A stretch of 64,000 bases of DNA from Eukaryota sp. TZLM1-RC. Taxonomy: Eukaryota > Protista > Metamonada: BaSk clade. A program made the position numbers and the translations under genes. This document shows, piece by piece, positions 35,873-48,500 of this stretch (positions within the stretch are counted from its first letter, which is position 1; each line of letters opens with the position of its first letter). The DNA lies in contig JAUPSS010000004.1 of the NCBI GenBank assembly GCA_040285825.1, positions 434,001 to 498,000 of the forward strand. The letters run 5' to 3'. Under the pieces are notes generated by a model. It was not told the DNA's origin, did no database searches, and saw only the letters and a list, made by a program, of their open reading frames with translations.

Positions 35873-37467
35873 AAAACTTACATGTTGTGTGATCAACACC
35901 CCGCCAATGGTCCATGAAGGCCCGTTGATGCTTTTGCTGTAATGTCATTGCTTCTGCTACATCTCATTGGTGCTAACTACTTGCTGAACCTGCGATCGTT
36001 GTCTCTTACCACTAGATTATGACTGGTCGCCTTATCTCTCCCTTTCCTTCATCTCTCGTCTCTGATCTCATACCCCTATTTCCAATGGCTAAATGCCACA
36101 TCGTGTCGAGTCATCACCGCAGCGTTTTTTCTTGCCGAATCTGTGCCGTATTCCCCAAGTTCTTTTGTGTCGGCCGACATAAGCAGTGCTTCTTCACCCT
36201 TTCCCTCTCAGTTAAGCTTTTTTATTTCAGTTTTTGTCAGTTACCTCTATGTCCACTGACTCATATATCTTTGCAATAATTTTACCTATATTACCACACT
36301 TAAAGTGGTTGTTGTTCTTAACTTTTCCAAGACATCTCTTGCTGAATGTTGAAGCTTTTGGTCATCTCGTCTCTGTCATTCTGCTTCGTTGTACCACTTT
36401 TGGTAGTTGTTTCTATCCAAACAATGGTAGGTTTGAGCCACCCTTATTCGATTGATTTAATCTCTTTGGGAATTGTTTTTTAAGAAGTGATTTACATTTC
36501 AATTCGTCTTTTTTAGTTTCAAATCATTATTTAAAGATTAATTCCAGATTAATTTGCTTTAATGATTGTGACTGTGTTTATAATGTACATTTTTCTCCTA
36601 CGTTGCAAACAGAAACTCTTTCAAAGCTTATCTAGCAAAGGACAGCACTTCTTAATGAATGAATAATGGACACATTCATCGGCTCTTTGGATGACATTCA
36701 CAAGGTGAGGAGAGGAGAGGTGTTGGATGAAGGTGAAAGCTCTCTCTACTATTGCGGTCGTAGTTTAATTCTTATAAGCAAAAACTCTTTCAAAGCATAT
36801 AACTTTGTTCAGGGTGGACTCTTTCTTTTGACATTAATTAAAGGAAACCCGCATAATTTTCCAATAAACTCAATTGTTGAATTATTTGGTCAATATTTGG
36901 TCTATTTGAGGGATCATTTGACGTGTATTGAATAACCAAATTTTTCACAACTTCCCGATCGATCGGAATAGAGACGGGAAGATGATCGTAGTCGCTTCAA
37001 GAGTCGTTCGAGTCTACCCAGTTGAGAACGACGGACTTGGCCATTTGTTGAGCCAGAAGCTATGTTAATTGGTCTTGGTTTAAAGAAACCTTAATATTTT
37101 CAGTTGTTAAACTTCCAAACATCACCATTAATGTCAATTACAAATAGACAATAATCCTCAATTAAAAAGAGCCTTGGAATGGTTCTTTGGGAGTTATGTA
37201 ATTGGTTACTGGTATTTTGGTGAATTTCACCTCTTGTAGAAATATCACCATAACCCTATTACTTCCAATGCAGTATATTTGGGGGTAAATGCCAATAAAG
37301 CCAAATTTGAGCATTTACAAACAAGGTGTTTTCAGGCTTTAAATCACCATGAATGACAGATTTAGAATGAATGGAATTATTTTCCATTAGCTTTTAAAAA
37401 CTTACATTAATCATTGGTTTATTATTGGATTTTTGATGAGGTGTTGATCACACAACATGTAAGTTTT
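35873..37467. repeat. Perfect 28-bp inverted repeat (35873-35900 / 37440-37467) around decayed gene fragments
   Basis: AAAACTTACATGTTGTGTGATCAACACC and its exact reverse complement. Confidence 0.85.
37085..37460 (-). pseudogene. Chimeric decayed fragments: protein-kinase catalytic loop and RCC1-family piece
   Basis: Manual translation SIHSKSVIHGDLKPEN (~37330-37378); FTKIPVTNYITPK..DINGDVWKF (~37110-37230) matches the 4817 gene. Confidence 0.65.
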
Positions 37468-39534
37468 AATTTAACAACTGTTTATTTCTAATTTTAGGTT
37501 TTAAGGTTAGTGAAAAAGTTTGCATTTGTTTGCATTGCATTTGAGTTTGGATCAAGCTAATTCAGCAGAAATAGTAGGTGTTTTGTATTTTTTAATCCAT
37601 CTTATACAAAAGAAGTCACCTAATTAATCAAGTGGTTGAGAAGGTGATTTCCTTTTTAGTGAATTGGATGTTTTGAAATATAACAATTAGTAATTGTTTC
37701 GATTATTGTTTTTTTGGTTCAATAAATCTTTAGTGTATTTTAATCAGTGGTCATTTAAATAAAACAGCATCCCCTAATTAACAAGAAGCCTTGAATTTTG
37801 ACTTTCGCCTAAAAATTAAATCAACTTAAATCAATTCGTAGACTTTCTCTGGCTTGACCATTATAATGTGTGTGAGCTGGAAGAAGGTATCCAAATTTTG
37901 CATCGTGACTAGTTAATACTTTTTGCTTTGCCCCAATTGTAGAATTTCAAAGATATTTGTTTAAAATTGTTGCTATTCAGACTGAGTCATTTTGTATCCA
38001 TTATCTAAACAGAGTTTTATGTACAAATTTGCTTGTTTTTCTCCGTAAATGTACTTTGAATTTTCTACCAATTCAATTTCAAAAAATCTAGACCAGATTC
38101 TCTTGTTATTTGTTTATTACTACACATTTTCTTATTATCTGGTACTTATAATTTTTCATTATCAGGTTTGTTCATTTCACCAAAATAATAAATTTCCAAA
38201 AGACCAATTTATATTGATTGTTGAAGAATTTTTGTTTAACAGAACCGATTTGTTAAAGCCTTTATTTATTTATCAACAATTTCCATAATTTTGTAACAAA
38301 TTCTATTATATTTAATTTAGAGGTCTCCAAATAACTTCATTGTTTTAAAACACAGATGAAGTATTACATTTGGTTTTTGAAGACGCTTTTTTGTAAATTT
38401 TATTCTTCTTTTTTTAAAAGTAGTGAAATAGCATCTTTGAATGGTTTTCATCAGAACTTGTATTGGTTCTGCAACGATTTTATCTTTCTATCAATATTCC
38501 CTTGAAACTATATCACAATTATTTGACAATTATTTTATTTTATTGACAATTATTTGCACAGAGTGAACAATGTATCAGTGTTGCTCCTTGTGTATGATAA
38601 ATTTAGATTCAATAGACTATTACGGTTATTAAGGCTTTTTCATAAAAGTAGAGAATCCATGGTGAAAGAGCATTGAAAGAGTATTGAAAGTGAAAGCGTT
38701 AGTGGCAGAGGGCAATACTTTTGATTAGGCTCCTAATCATCAATAGGATTTCTAATTAGTGTCCAATTTAATAATGTGAGTGAATTAATCAGAGGATATT
38801 GAAGTTAAAATTCTTCCATAAACTACAGGCACAAAATCGAGAAAACAATTGTTAAATATTTATATACAACAAACGGTGGTAAAAAAAGAAATTAGTTTTG
38901 TGTATTTGTGAAAAGCGTTGAAAACCATTTGTAATGTCAAACATAGTCAGAACTGCGTAAAATTGAATTGGCAATTAATTGATCAACCAAAATTCGTACC
39001 AATCAATAATTGCAATTATTGCAATAAATTGGCAAAAATTGGCAATTTTCAGTTGTAGTAAAAGTGTTGGAATTTCTGTTACCAAGTAAAAACAAATTTT
39101 TTTGAAAACTATTTTTTCTAGTTCAAATTCACTAAGACTGTTGGTTTGGTACGTCTTCGTCTAAGTCATTCCAATGAGTAGTACAAATCTCTCTGAAGGC
39201 CAGAAGATCCCATAGAGAGCTATTGTATTTAAGAAAAAGACAGACATTGGCATTGGTGTTAGAAAGTGAATGCCGATGCATTGTACGGGATTCCTTTACG
39301 TATATGACTCTGCGTATCTATTTCAGTGAAGAAGAGTAGACATAGGTCCTTTCGACGCGTTGGAAGAACCATAAGAGTGGAAGTAAATGCCAAGGTGGTT
39401 CAGAGATGAAAGAATTTTCTCTATTGCTACCAATATTATGTTCATATGTATCAAAAATAAGCATTTATTGGGTGTGACAGTTTAATAGAAACTTAAAGTT
39501 TCTCTTTTTACCCATTCGATTCCCAACACCACGA

Positions 39535-40422
39535 ATGCATCTTTCACCACAGTTACATCTTCTCAGCCCTGGCAACAACACTCTCAACCTTGACGAAGCC
39601 AGAAAGTTCTTTTCCAGTGATTTCAAACTACATGATGGATCTGACCTACTTTTTGATTGTGTGGACGGTCGCAATGATCTCTCTGGACGGATGGGTGCTT
39701 TTGGGGGCAACCTAGGTGAGTTCATTCTCGCATTGCACTGTGTTCAGTTACATCAGCCAGTTGAATCAATTCAAGTTTTCGATTTAATGAAAGATTACCT
39801 CAATTGTGGCCTTCCTCTTTACTTTCACAGTGATGACCATCATACCAAACTTGTTGTCAATTCTTTGCACCAGTTAGGACATCATGACGTTGATCCATCC
39901 AACCCTAGAGATAACGATAAGCCTGTTCTTCTTGATTATCTATCTGACCCTGACTACTTGGGATGTGGCCATATTAAGGCCATTCTGTATGATGCTGCCT
40001 ATGGAGCTGATCAATGTATGGCAAAGGAGTCCATCCGGAGCTTCTACAAATTGTTATGGAACTCACATCCACGTTGCCACTATGAAGAACTACAAGGCCA
40101 ACATCAAGAGAATGGTGTGGTAATTGTTCACTCCTCCGATCTGTCGGCAGTTCCTACCATAAGGTTCAGAACATCCAACAATAGTGTTTTTGTCTTTCAT
40201 TGTGATGCTGTAGCTATTCTAAGGTATCAAACAGCTTCTTTTTTTGCTGATTTGTTCAATCTTAACCGTGATGTTTTGTTTCATGATATTGAAGATATGG
40301 GCCAGAAATGGGCTAATCTAACACTTGACGTACTAGCCCCAGGATTGTCTTTGTTTGAGCTGGATGTTGAGCATGAGTTTGAAGAAGAATGTGATACAGT
40401 TATGTGTCAAGTAGCGTGCTGA
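39535..40422 (+). CDS. Carbonic anhydrase-like protein, zeta (cadmium CA)/beta fold, 295 aa
   Basis: C42 in CVDGR, GG, H98 in HSD, C144 in GCGH and LQGQHQE..VIV follow the order of the CDCA1 motifs CVDGR / PGG / HGD / GCG / GxHxE. Confidence 0.7.
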   Translation: MHLSPQLHLLSPGNNTLNLDEARKFFSSDFKLHDGSDLLFDCVDGRNDLSGRMGAFGGNLGEFILALHCVQLHQPVESIQVFDLMKDYLNCGLPLYFHSDDHHTKLVVNSLHQLGHHDVDPSNPRDNDKPVLLDYLSDPDYLGCGHIKAILYDAAYGADQCMAKESIRSFYKLLWNSHPRCHYEELQGQHQENGVVIVHSSDLSAVPTIRFRTSNNSVFVFHCDAVAILRYQTASFFADLFNLNRDVLFHDIEDMGQKWANLTLDVLAPGLSLFELDVEHEFEEECDTVMCQVAC

Positions 40423-40629
40423 TTTAGATGTTTTTAGTTGGGCTAGTTTATCGAATCCCATTTGTATAAATCTTTTTGTTGTGATTCATATCGCCTGCTT
40501 TACTTCACTCACACTCATGTTTGGCAAGTTCAATTTTTTGGATTTTGCAGCAATTTAGAACAATTCTTTGGAAAATGGAATTTCCAAATTTTTTTGGTCT
40601 TCAATTTGAATCAACATTGTATCATTTAC

Positions 40630-41130
40630 TTTTAAGAAATTTCAAAAATTGATGTAGAAAAATGGGGTCGATGTTTTCCCCAATCATTCAATGGGAATAA
40701 TCCAGACAAGAATCTTTTAAATTTGAAGTACACTCTTCGAACATTACAGAAACGATTGACTGGAATGTATGAAAATGATCTTTATAATAATATATGCAGC
40801 TCGGCTGTTTTAAATCAAGATCTTCACTCATTGTTATTGGAAAAGGGTGTTTGTGAAAATAAGTCATCAGATTCTGCACTTTTTGTAACCATTGTACCAC
40901 GAAGATTTGGGTTGTGTGCCACTAATGAAGCATTTGTGAAAAAAAATGAGATTATATTTGAATACCCCATTAATCAATTATTATCAAAAGAAAAATGTAT
41001 TTGTTCGAATTCACCTCAACTCACTTTGCGCCATGTTCTGAATTGTTCTAAATTGATAACTTATCGTTCTTTATTACATGATGCTGTTAGAGACACTGTT
41101 TTCAATGTGGCACAAACAGCAAGAATATCG
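40630..41130 (+). mobile_element. Non-LTR family A internal fragment
   Basis: Near-identical to the reverse complement of 27855-28350. Confidence 0.9.
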
Positions 41131-42555
41131 TTCAATAACGCATCATATTTGTCTCATTTACAAACCTCAGCCTTGTCCACATGACCATTAGAACTAATTA
41201 AGACATCATCAAGGTAAAGTGAAGCAAAGAATTCAACAGTAGTAAAATCAACAACAGGGGAGGAATCCACAAAAGGAGATATTAAATCACGACGACAGGA
41301 ATCAAACAATTGATTATCACTATAAAGCAGATTTGTTCTCACTCTTCATTCTACTGTCAACTCTCACCTTTTCAATCTACTGCAGACCTTGGTGTCCAAA
41401 ATGTCATTGGTCAGTTATTGTCATTCAATGGATGAATTATATTCAGAACATTTATCAAGTTTTGCTTTAAGGTTTACAATATAGTGTTTGACAACAGTTT
41501 CAAACTTTATTCAATTGTGTGGAGTGTGCATGCATTATGAATTCTTGGATAAACGGAAAACTAAGAACCAGGGCTTTAACATAAAGAACAAGAATGATTA
41601 GACAGAAGTCAATCACTTTCAAGATAAACAGGTGATGACATGGCATCACATGATACAGTAAACTAATAACTACATATCTAATAATTCACTACAATTGGTT
41701 GCTAAAGAAATGCCGATTCATATACAAATATTGTGCTTCATCTCAATGCCAGCAAATCATTCCTGATTGGTTCTTCTCAGGATCTTGTGATAAACGATTC
41801 TGTTGTTTCTTTTACTAATTATAATAGTGATGCTTTCAAGTTTCTTGGTTACTGGGCAGGAAATGTGCCTCGAAATTCTGAAAGAATAACAAGCTTTCTT
41901 GGAAAATATGAAAATTGAACTTGATTCAATTTCTTAGATTTAGACAAACATATTAAATTTTTATGCTGAAAATTTGCTTTACTGGAAGAACAATCCACAT
42001 TTCAGGGGTCTTTTGATTTTGTTGTAACATTAGATTTTTGTCGTTCCTTTAATTCATTGAGAACAGCATTTTTTGCTGATTTATTGGTTGTAAAACCACG
42101 AAAGTTGTAAAATCACTTATTTTTATACAGCAAAATTTGTATCAATCAGTATTTTTGGGTGGAGACAGGAATTTTATATCATGAATCGTGTAATTCCTGA
42201 AGATTCTCATTTTTTAGTTTCCAGTTGCAAAACATACTTCAATGAGTTATCTTGTGAACTCGATAAATTGCCAACACACATCCGGACCAAACGTTTTTCC
42301 AAATCAATTCAAGAAACTCCAAACCGACCTCTTTTTAGTTTGCAGTTTTGCTGTAAAATGCTTCAACAAAAGTTGTCAAAGATTTTTGAAAGCTTGATTT
42401 TGGACTTTGATGGTCTTGGCTGTTGGTTATTGTTTGACATACAATGTAGAGTAACAGAAGTGTAATTTATAACGAAGAGGAATTGTATTCTCTCTTCTTA
42501 AGCTAACAGGCGGAATACTAATAACTAAACTATTAACTATAAATACTATTCAAGA

Positions 42556-45550
42556 CTAACACTGCCTTTTCCTCTCTTTCGAGCGACGAGCCCTGGAAGC
42601 TCTAGTCACAGGAGGTGAACTAATAGAATTATTACGCTTCTTGGGAGGAGCGGATTTAGTACGGCGACGTGCTTTTGAAGTCTTGATAAAGTCTTTATAC
42701 GCGGCAGTATTTTGGACTGTAGACACATGCTCAGTGGTGATCTCTTTTCCTGGCCATTGCACTTGGCAAAAGTCACCTTCCTGACTGAGCACTTTTTCAA
42801 TGATGTGTTCTTCGACATCACCTGCAGCGACCCAGGAGTGGAACTCATCGTTGGTGGGCAAGCTGGAGTGCCAGGGAGCTAAGTGTTTGACGCTAGCTTG
42901 GACAATCGTACCTGTGCAGAGATTCTTAATATTCACAGACGAATTGGATACGATTTCAGTAATTAGGAAGGGTCCTAAATAGTCTCCATGAAGCTTAGCG
43001 GAAGAGCCAGATGCTCTCAATACCAATTGACCAACTTCAAAAGGGTTTGGAGTTGACGATCTTGTTAGCTTGGAAGCTTTGGAAGCTTGATGGTGTGCTG
43101 CCTTTTCCTGTTTCTCTTTCAATCTTCGAAATTTAGATTGAATTTCTTGAATAAAAGATGACTCGGACGTCGAGCTTTCAATGATTTCAAGGATTTTGCC
43201 AGGGTCTGATCTGGGAGACACATCTGAGCCAAAGATCACTTGGTATGGAGTGTGGTTGGTTATTGAGCTCTTGGAAGAGTTGATCAATAATTGCACATAA
43301 GGCAAGTATTCAGACCACACATCGTAGGCATTGAAGTCTACGAGCAATTTCCGTAGGTTTTGCAGGATGTCTCTGTGTCGGCGCTCTACCAAGCCGTTGG
43401 ACGGAGAAAACCTAGGTATTGATTTTGACACCTCTATGCCCAAAAATTTGCTTAACTCGTCAAAGACAGCCTTGGAAAATTCGGGTCCATTATCGCTGTG
43501 GATTTGAAATGGAATACCAAAGATGGCACAGATTTTCCAAATTAATGCATCTGCAGTAAGATTGGCATTTATCTCTTTTAAAGGCACGATGATCGTGAAC
43601 CTAGAGAAGCTGTCGATAAATACGAGGATGTATTTGTAGCCTTCTTGATCTTCTGGAAGAGGACCAATGACGTCGGCGTTGACGCGAGCAAAAGGTCTGT
43701 CAGCCCACAATGAACCGGTTGGGGGGACGTGCAGTTTGGGAACTGGCTTAGTTTTCTGACAGGAGGGGCATTCTTGGACGTGCTTATTCATGTCGGTGAG
43801 CATGTTTGGCCACCAATAATCGCTGTTCCTGAGCTTGTTCAGGCTTTCAGCTTTGCTTGGATGACCTCCTTGCAGAAGTCCATGCAACAAGTTAAGGGTG
43901 TCCTTAATGAGTGATTTGGGAATCACTATCTTGTTGTCGTGAGTCATATATAAATCAAGATGATTGTTATGAACACAGTTGTTGAAAGAGGGGTCTTTGG
44001 AAGCTACGGCAAGCTTCTGTTCGGACCTAATCCTACAGAGCCATGGCTCGAAAATAGGCAGGTCGTTGGAACATCGTTCTCTGATGACCATGATACGTTC
44101 GAAGTTGTTTAAGTCTTCGATGTAGTATCTTTCATTTTCTGTTCCATCGATTTTATCAATGTAAAATATTGGATGAAAATTTGGAGGCATTTGATGGGAC
44201 AAATGATTGATCTCTTGATGGTCTATAGGCGGAACTATTCGAGACAACATATCAGCCCAGAAGTTATCTTCCCCTTTGGTATGTACCAAATCGAAGCAGA
44301 ATTCAGAGAATATGGGTAACCATCTTGTTACAATTCTGTTCTTCTCAGGAGCCGTGAACATGTAGGTAAGGTTTTGATGGTCTGTGAATATAACCAGTTT
44401 CCTTCCTTTCAAGTAGTTTTCAAAACCACTTTGAGTTAACATGAGTAGGATAGCATAGAGTTCCTTTTGGTTTGTCGGCCAGTTCTTTTGCGAGTTGGTT
44501 AACAACCGGCTGAAGAAGCTGATAGGCCTACATTTCCTGTTGATCAGGGGGGTACCGGGGTCGTCGACTTGTTCGATTTGTTCCCAAATGACGCCGCCTA
44601 CAGCAATGTCGGATGCGTCGCAACTAATTAAAATTTGGTTTTCCAGCGGAGGTAAGCTGAGTGGCATGTGCTTTGCTATCAGTTGTTTGATCTTTTGAAG
44701 GAGTCCGTCGTGCATGTCGGTCCATTGAAGGCGTTGCGCGCGGGGTTTGGGTTTAACTTTGGAGTTATTTCCAACCTTCTTAGTCAATCTGATGATGGGA
44801 GCGATGAGCTCAGATACCTGAGGAAGCCATTCTCTAATGAAGTTGACTGATCCTACGAGGCTGCGGACGTCTTTGATTGTCTTTGGTCTAGGTAGATTCA
44901 ACAAAGATTCAACGCGAGTGGGATCGATAGTCCGTTGTTTGTTTTGGAAAACACTGCCCAGTATCTTTATTGGGTGTCTGGAAGACACGAAATGGCACTT
45001 TGGAAGTCCCAAGGAAACTCTTTTGCATCTGGCTTGATCAAGGACGCGACGGAGGCGTTCAATGAATTCGTCAAAGGTTGAACCTATGATTATGATGTCA
45101 TCTATGTAAATGAAGACACCGTCTCCAGAGAAGATGTCAGCCATGACGTTTTGGAAAACGGCTGGGACATTCTTTAGGCCAAAAGCTGCACGTTTGAACA
45201 TGATGCTTTTGCCAGGAATGCTCAGGGCTGTTTTCTGCCAATCCTTTTCGGCAATCTTGAGTTGCCAAAAGGCTTTGGGGAGGTCAAGGGTGCCTATGTA
45301 GTTCGCTTGGGAGAGAAATACCAGCACATCGGAGATCCTTGGAAGGTTGGGCTCAACAGGAATGGTGTTGGCGTTGACTCCGTCCTTGCCACTATAGTCA
45401 CCGGTAAGGCGGGGCTTACGGTGATCTGGGTAGACCACTAGACAGACAGGGGAGCTGAACTCATGGTTCGATGGGACAGCAAATCCTGAGTCTACGAGTT
45501 CGTCGAAAATTTGGTTAGCGACCTCTAGCCTGGCTGGATTCAGGGTCCTG
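42556..45550 (-). CDS. pol: Pol part: RT, RNase H, integrase, GPF motif, degenerate chromodomain
   Basis: LDLPKAFWQ, FGLKN, YIDD, CDAS, TDHQNL, HHCC finger, DVIGP, SDNGPEF, NGLVER, GPF. Confidence 0.95.
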
Positions 45551-48500
45551 GGGGTCTTCTAACTCTGACGTCTTCGTTGTAGAAGTTGATTTCCATGGGA
45601 GGGCAATCAATACCTTCAGCATGAGGCTTGAGGGTAAATACGTCTTCGAACTCCTTCAAAGTTTGAAGTAGGGACTTCTTGAAATGGTCGTTGTCGAGGT
45701 TGATGGTACAACCAGATGAGTTGATGTGTTCCAACCAACGTGTGGAAACGTTGACGACTTCCGAAGCTTGTGATATTCGATGATCGAATTCAGCTTCAGG
45801 TAATAGTAATGTGCGACAGGCGTCGTCCATTCTAATATAAATGCCCTTGTTGTTCATCAGCCCAAGGTGACTCAACAAGTCAGCACCAATGAGAATGGTC
45901 TCATGTCCAGGAACGATGCTGAACTTGTGTTTCACGTGTACAATCTGGGTAACACTACCTAGTCTAATGCTAAGGGTTCCAGAAGCAGTACCAAGGGACT
46001 GTGAGGTAGTTCCATCAGCAATCTTGTATGAAATGGTTTCGTTGGAACGTGCCATGTTACAATTACTGATGACGTCTTCCGTGACTACTGAGCATGTTGC
46101 ACCAGAGTCAATTATGCCTTTAACTTCGACATTGTTGATCAAGAAGTTTAATTGTAGGCAGTTGTGATTCATGGATTGTACCATAAAAATTGTATCAGAA
46201 TCATGTCCATTTAAGTCGGCTTGTTCTGAGAAGAAGTGAGCCTGACTGTTGAGTGTCTTGGTAGGTTCCAAGTTGGCAAGTGGATTGATAAGAGAATCTT
46301 TCCATGCTGAACTTTCTGTGTGTGGTTGTGTTGTTGTTGTAGGGGGTATGGTTTCTAAAGTACATAAATAGTGACGGGAACGTTTATTGTAAGAAGAGCC
46401 TCTGCCTCTGCCGCGAGTACCTCTTCGACTACGGAAACCAGGACCTCTAGAACTTCTACCTCGAGCTTGTTGTTGAGCTTGTTGCTCTCTCCATTTCTTG
46501 CTCCTTTGGCAGTCTTCACTGGGGCACCTTTCGGTCGGATGGCCCTTTTTCTTACAGAAGTTGCATTGGACATCAGCGGCCTGGGAAGACGATTGTGGTA
46601 GGCTTCCTCCTCTCTTACTTTGTTTTGGGCGTTTACCTGGACCAGAACCTCGTGGTCTGGGGATGTCAGGTGGGGAGGGAACGACCATGGGAGGTCGGCG
46701 AGAGGCCTGCTGGTGAGTTAATTGGTTCTGATAGGTGAAATCGACATGGTTCAGTTGTTCCATGAACGATCTGGCGTTACAGAAATTCTCGTATTCAATT
46801 TGGAGAACACTAAAGAATTCGCCAAGGGTGTGCCCATCGCATGAGTAGTGGGAGGGAGAGGACCAGATCCTGAGGAGTCTGTCTCTGATAGGGATAATTT
46901 CTACGCTTTCTAAGACATGAGTAGCAACTACCCAGTCTGGAAGTCTATCAGCTGGAGGAGTGGAGCTTATGGAGAATGTTCTCAATTGTTGAGAGATGCC
47001 CCTAAATTCTTGGATGGCGGTGGAGCGAGTCAGAACTCTGCCTATGTTGACCATGAAGTCAATCCATCTATTGCCATAATCTCTTTCCGACCAGTCCATG
47101 TTGGTTGCGAGGAGAGCTCGATTAGCCTCATCCAGTCTGCTGAATTGGGTTCTTCTTAGAATTTGAGCCCAAATGATGCGTTCATCTCTTGAGGTAGGAA
47201 CCGTGGGAGAAGAGATAGCTAGGTGAGCACCTTGGTATCGTAGCGCATTTAACACCTCGGGGGTGACACATTCAGCGAGGCCTCGGGGGTTGATCCTCAT
47301 GGCTTGACGGAACAAGTCCCATTCGTGAACTGGTTCTCCAGTGATGTTACCAAAATACTCATCGATCGGTGGTTGGGAACCTTCTCTAGCTAGTTCTAAT
47401 TCTTCACGTAGTCTGGCAACTTCGTTAGCTAGAGCTATCTGGGCTGGATCCTCAACGTTACCTCTCGTTTCTCTTAAGACTCGGTCGGTACGACTCCAGA
47501 GAATGAATTTGTTGACAAACTTTAGGAGTTTATCAGCGTCTCTCAAATCACAAGCCTCAAGATATGGACGTTTAGGACGGTCCCTACGTCTGTCATCTCG
47601 GTCTCTTGATCCCATCATTGAAGAGAGGAGAAGGCTACTTTCGTATGTGCCCGAGAAAGGTGAATGATGTGAGGAAATGGAGGATGTTGAACCTGTCGTG
47701 GAAGGTGTAGGTAGGGGTTGAGGAGCTCGACTGACGGGAGTGATGGGAGCAGGTACTGCATCAGAAGATGTGGTGGGGGTGGGTGATTCACTGCTCACAG
47801 TGGCAACGTCGTCGTCAGCTTGTTCCATAGCAGATTGGTTGGGGTTAGAGGTTTCCGTGATAGGAAATGAATCAGTTTCCATAGGAGGTTGTGGTGATTC
47901 AGGAGGTTGAGCGGAGGAAGATGGAGCTTCACTCTGTTGAGGTTCAGGGGAAGGTACTGTCTCTTCAATCTGGGCTGGAACCTGATAAGAAGAGATCGCT
48001 GGTTGAACCAAGCGTGTTTTCTCTATACGGCCTTCTACCATTACCCACTTTAACATCCTGGATTCTATGCATCCAGGGAAAACGGTGACGAGCTGGAGGG
48101 CTCTTTGAAGATTACCTGATCTTCTGTGGTCAGGACCACAATATGAAGCTATATGGTCAGGACGTCTGTCGTAAAGAAAGAGTCTTTCACCATATGTGGT
48201 TTCGGTAAACCACCACCCTGTTCTATAATCTCTGTCGATAAGGATATCGAGAGATGCGTTGTACCCAGGGCTGAACCTAGGGTATGGGCAAGGGTTGTGA
48301 ACATTTATGAAGAGGTTGTCTTCATCTCCAGCGAAGCGTCTGAATACTCCTTCTCGAGTAGTTCTCATGAACCTAACTCCGGGTCTTGGTTCGTGAGTTG
48401 GTTCTGGGTCATTCCTGGAGGTTTCTGGGGTGATCCTTTCGTCGGTAAGAAATGGACCTATTCTGGGAGAGATCCATAATCCTAAGTCGTTCTCGACTTT

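Noticed and set aside
45540-45560. Programmed gag/pol frameshift
   Set aside because: The break is in a C5 homopolymer at the RT N-terminus, after the protease. One extra C restores RPPRTLNPARL, and the second family is continuous here, so a sequencing error or mutation is more likely.
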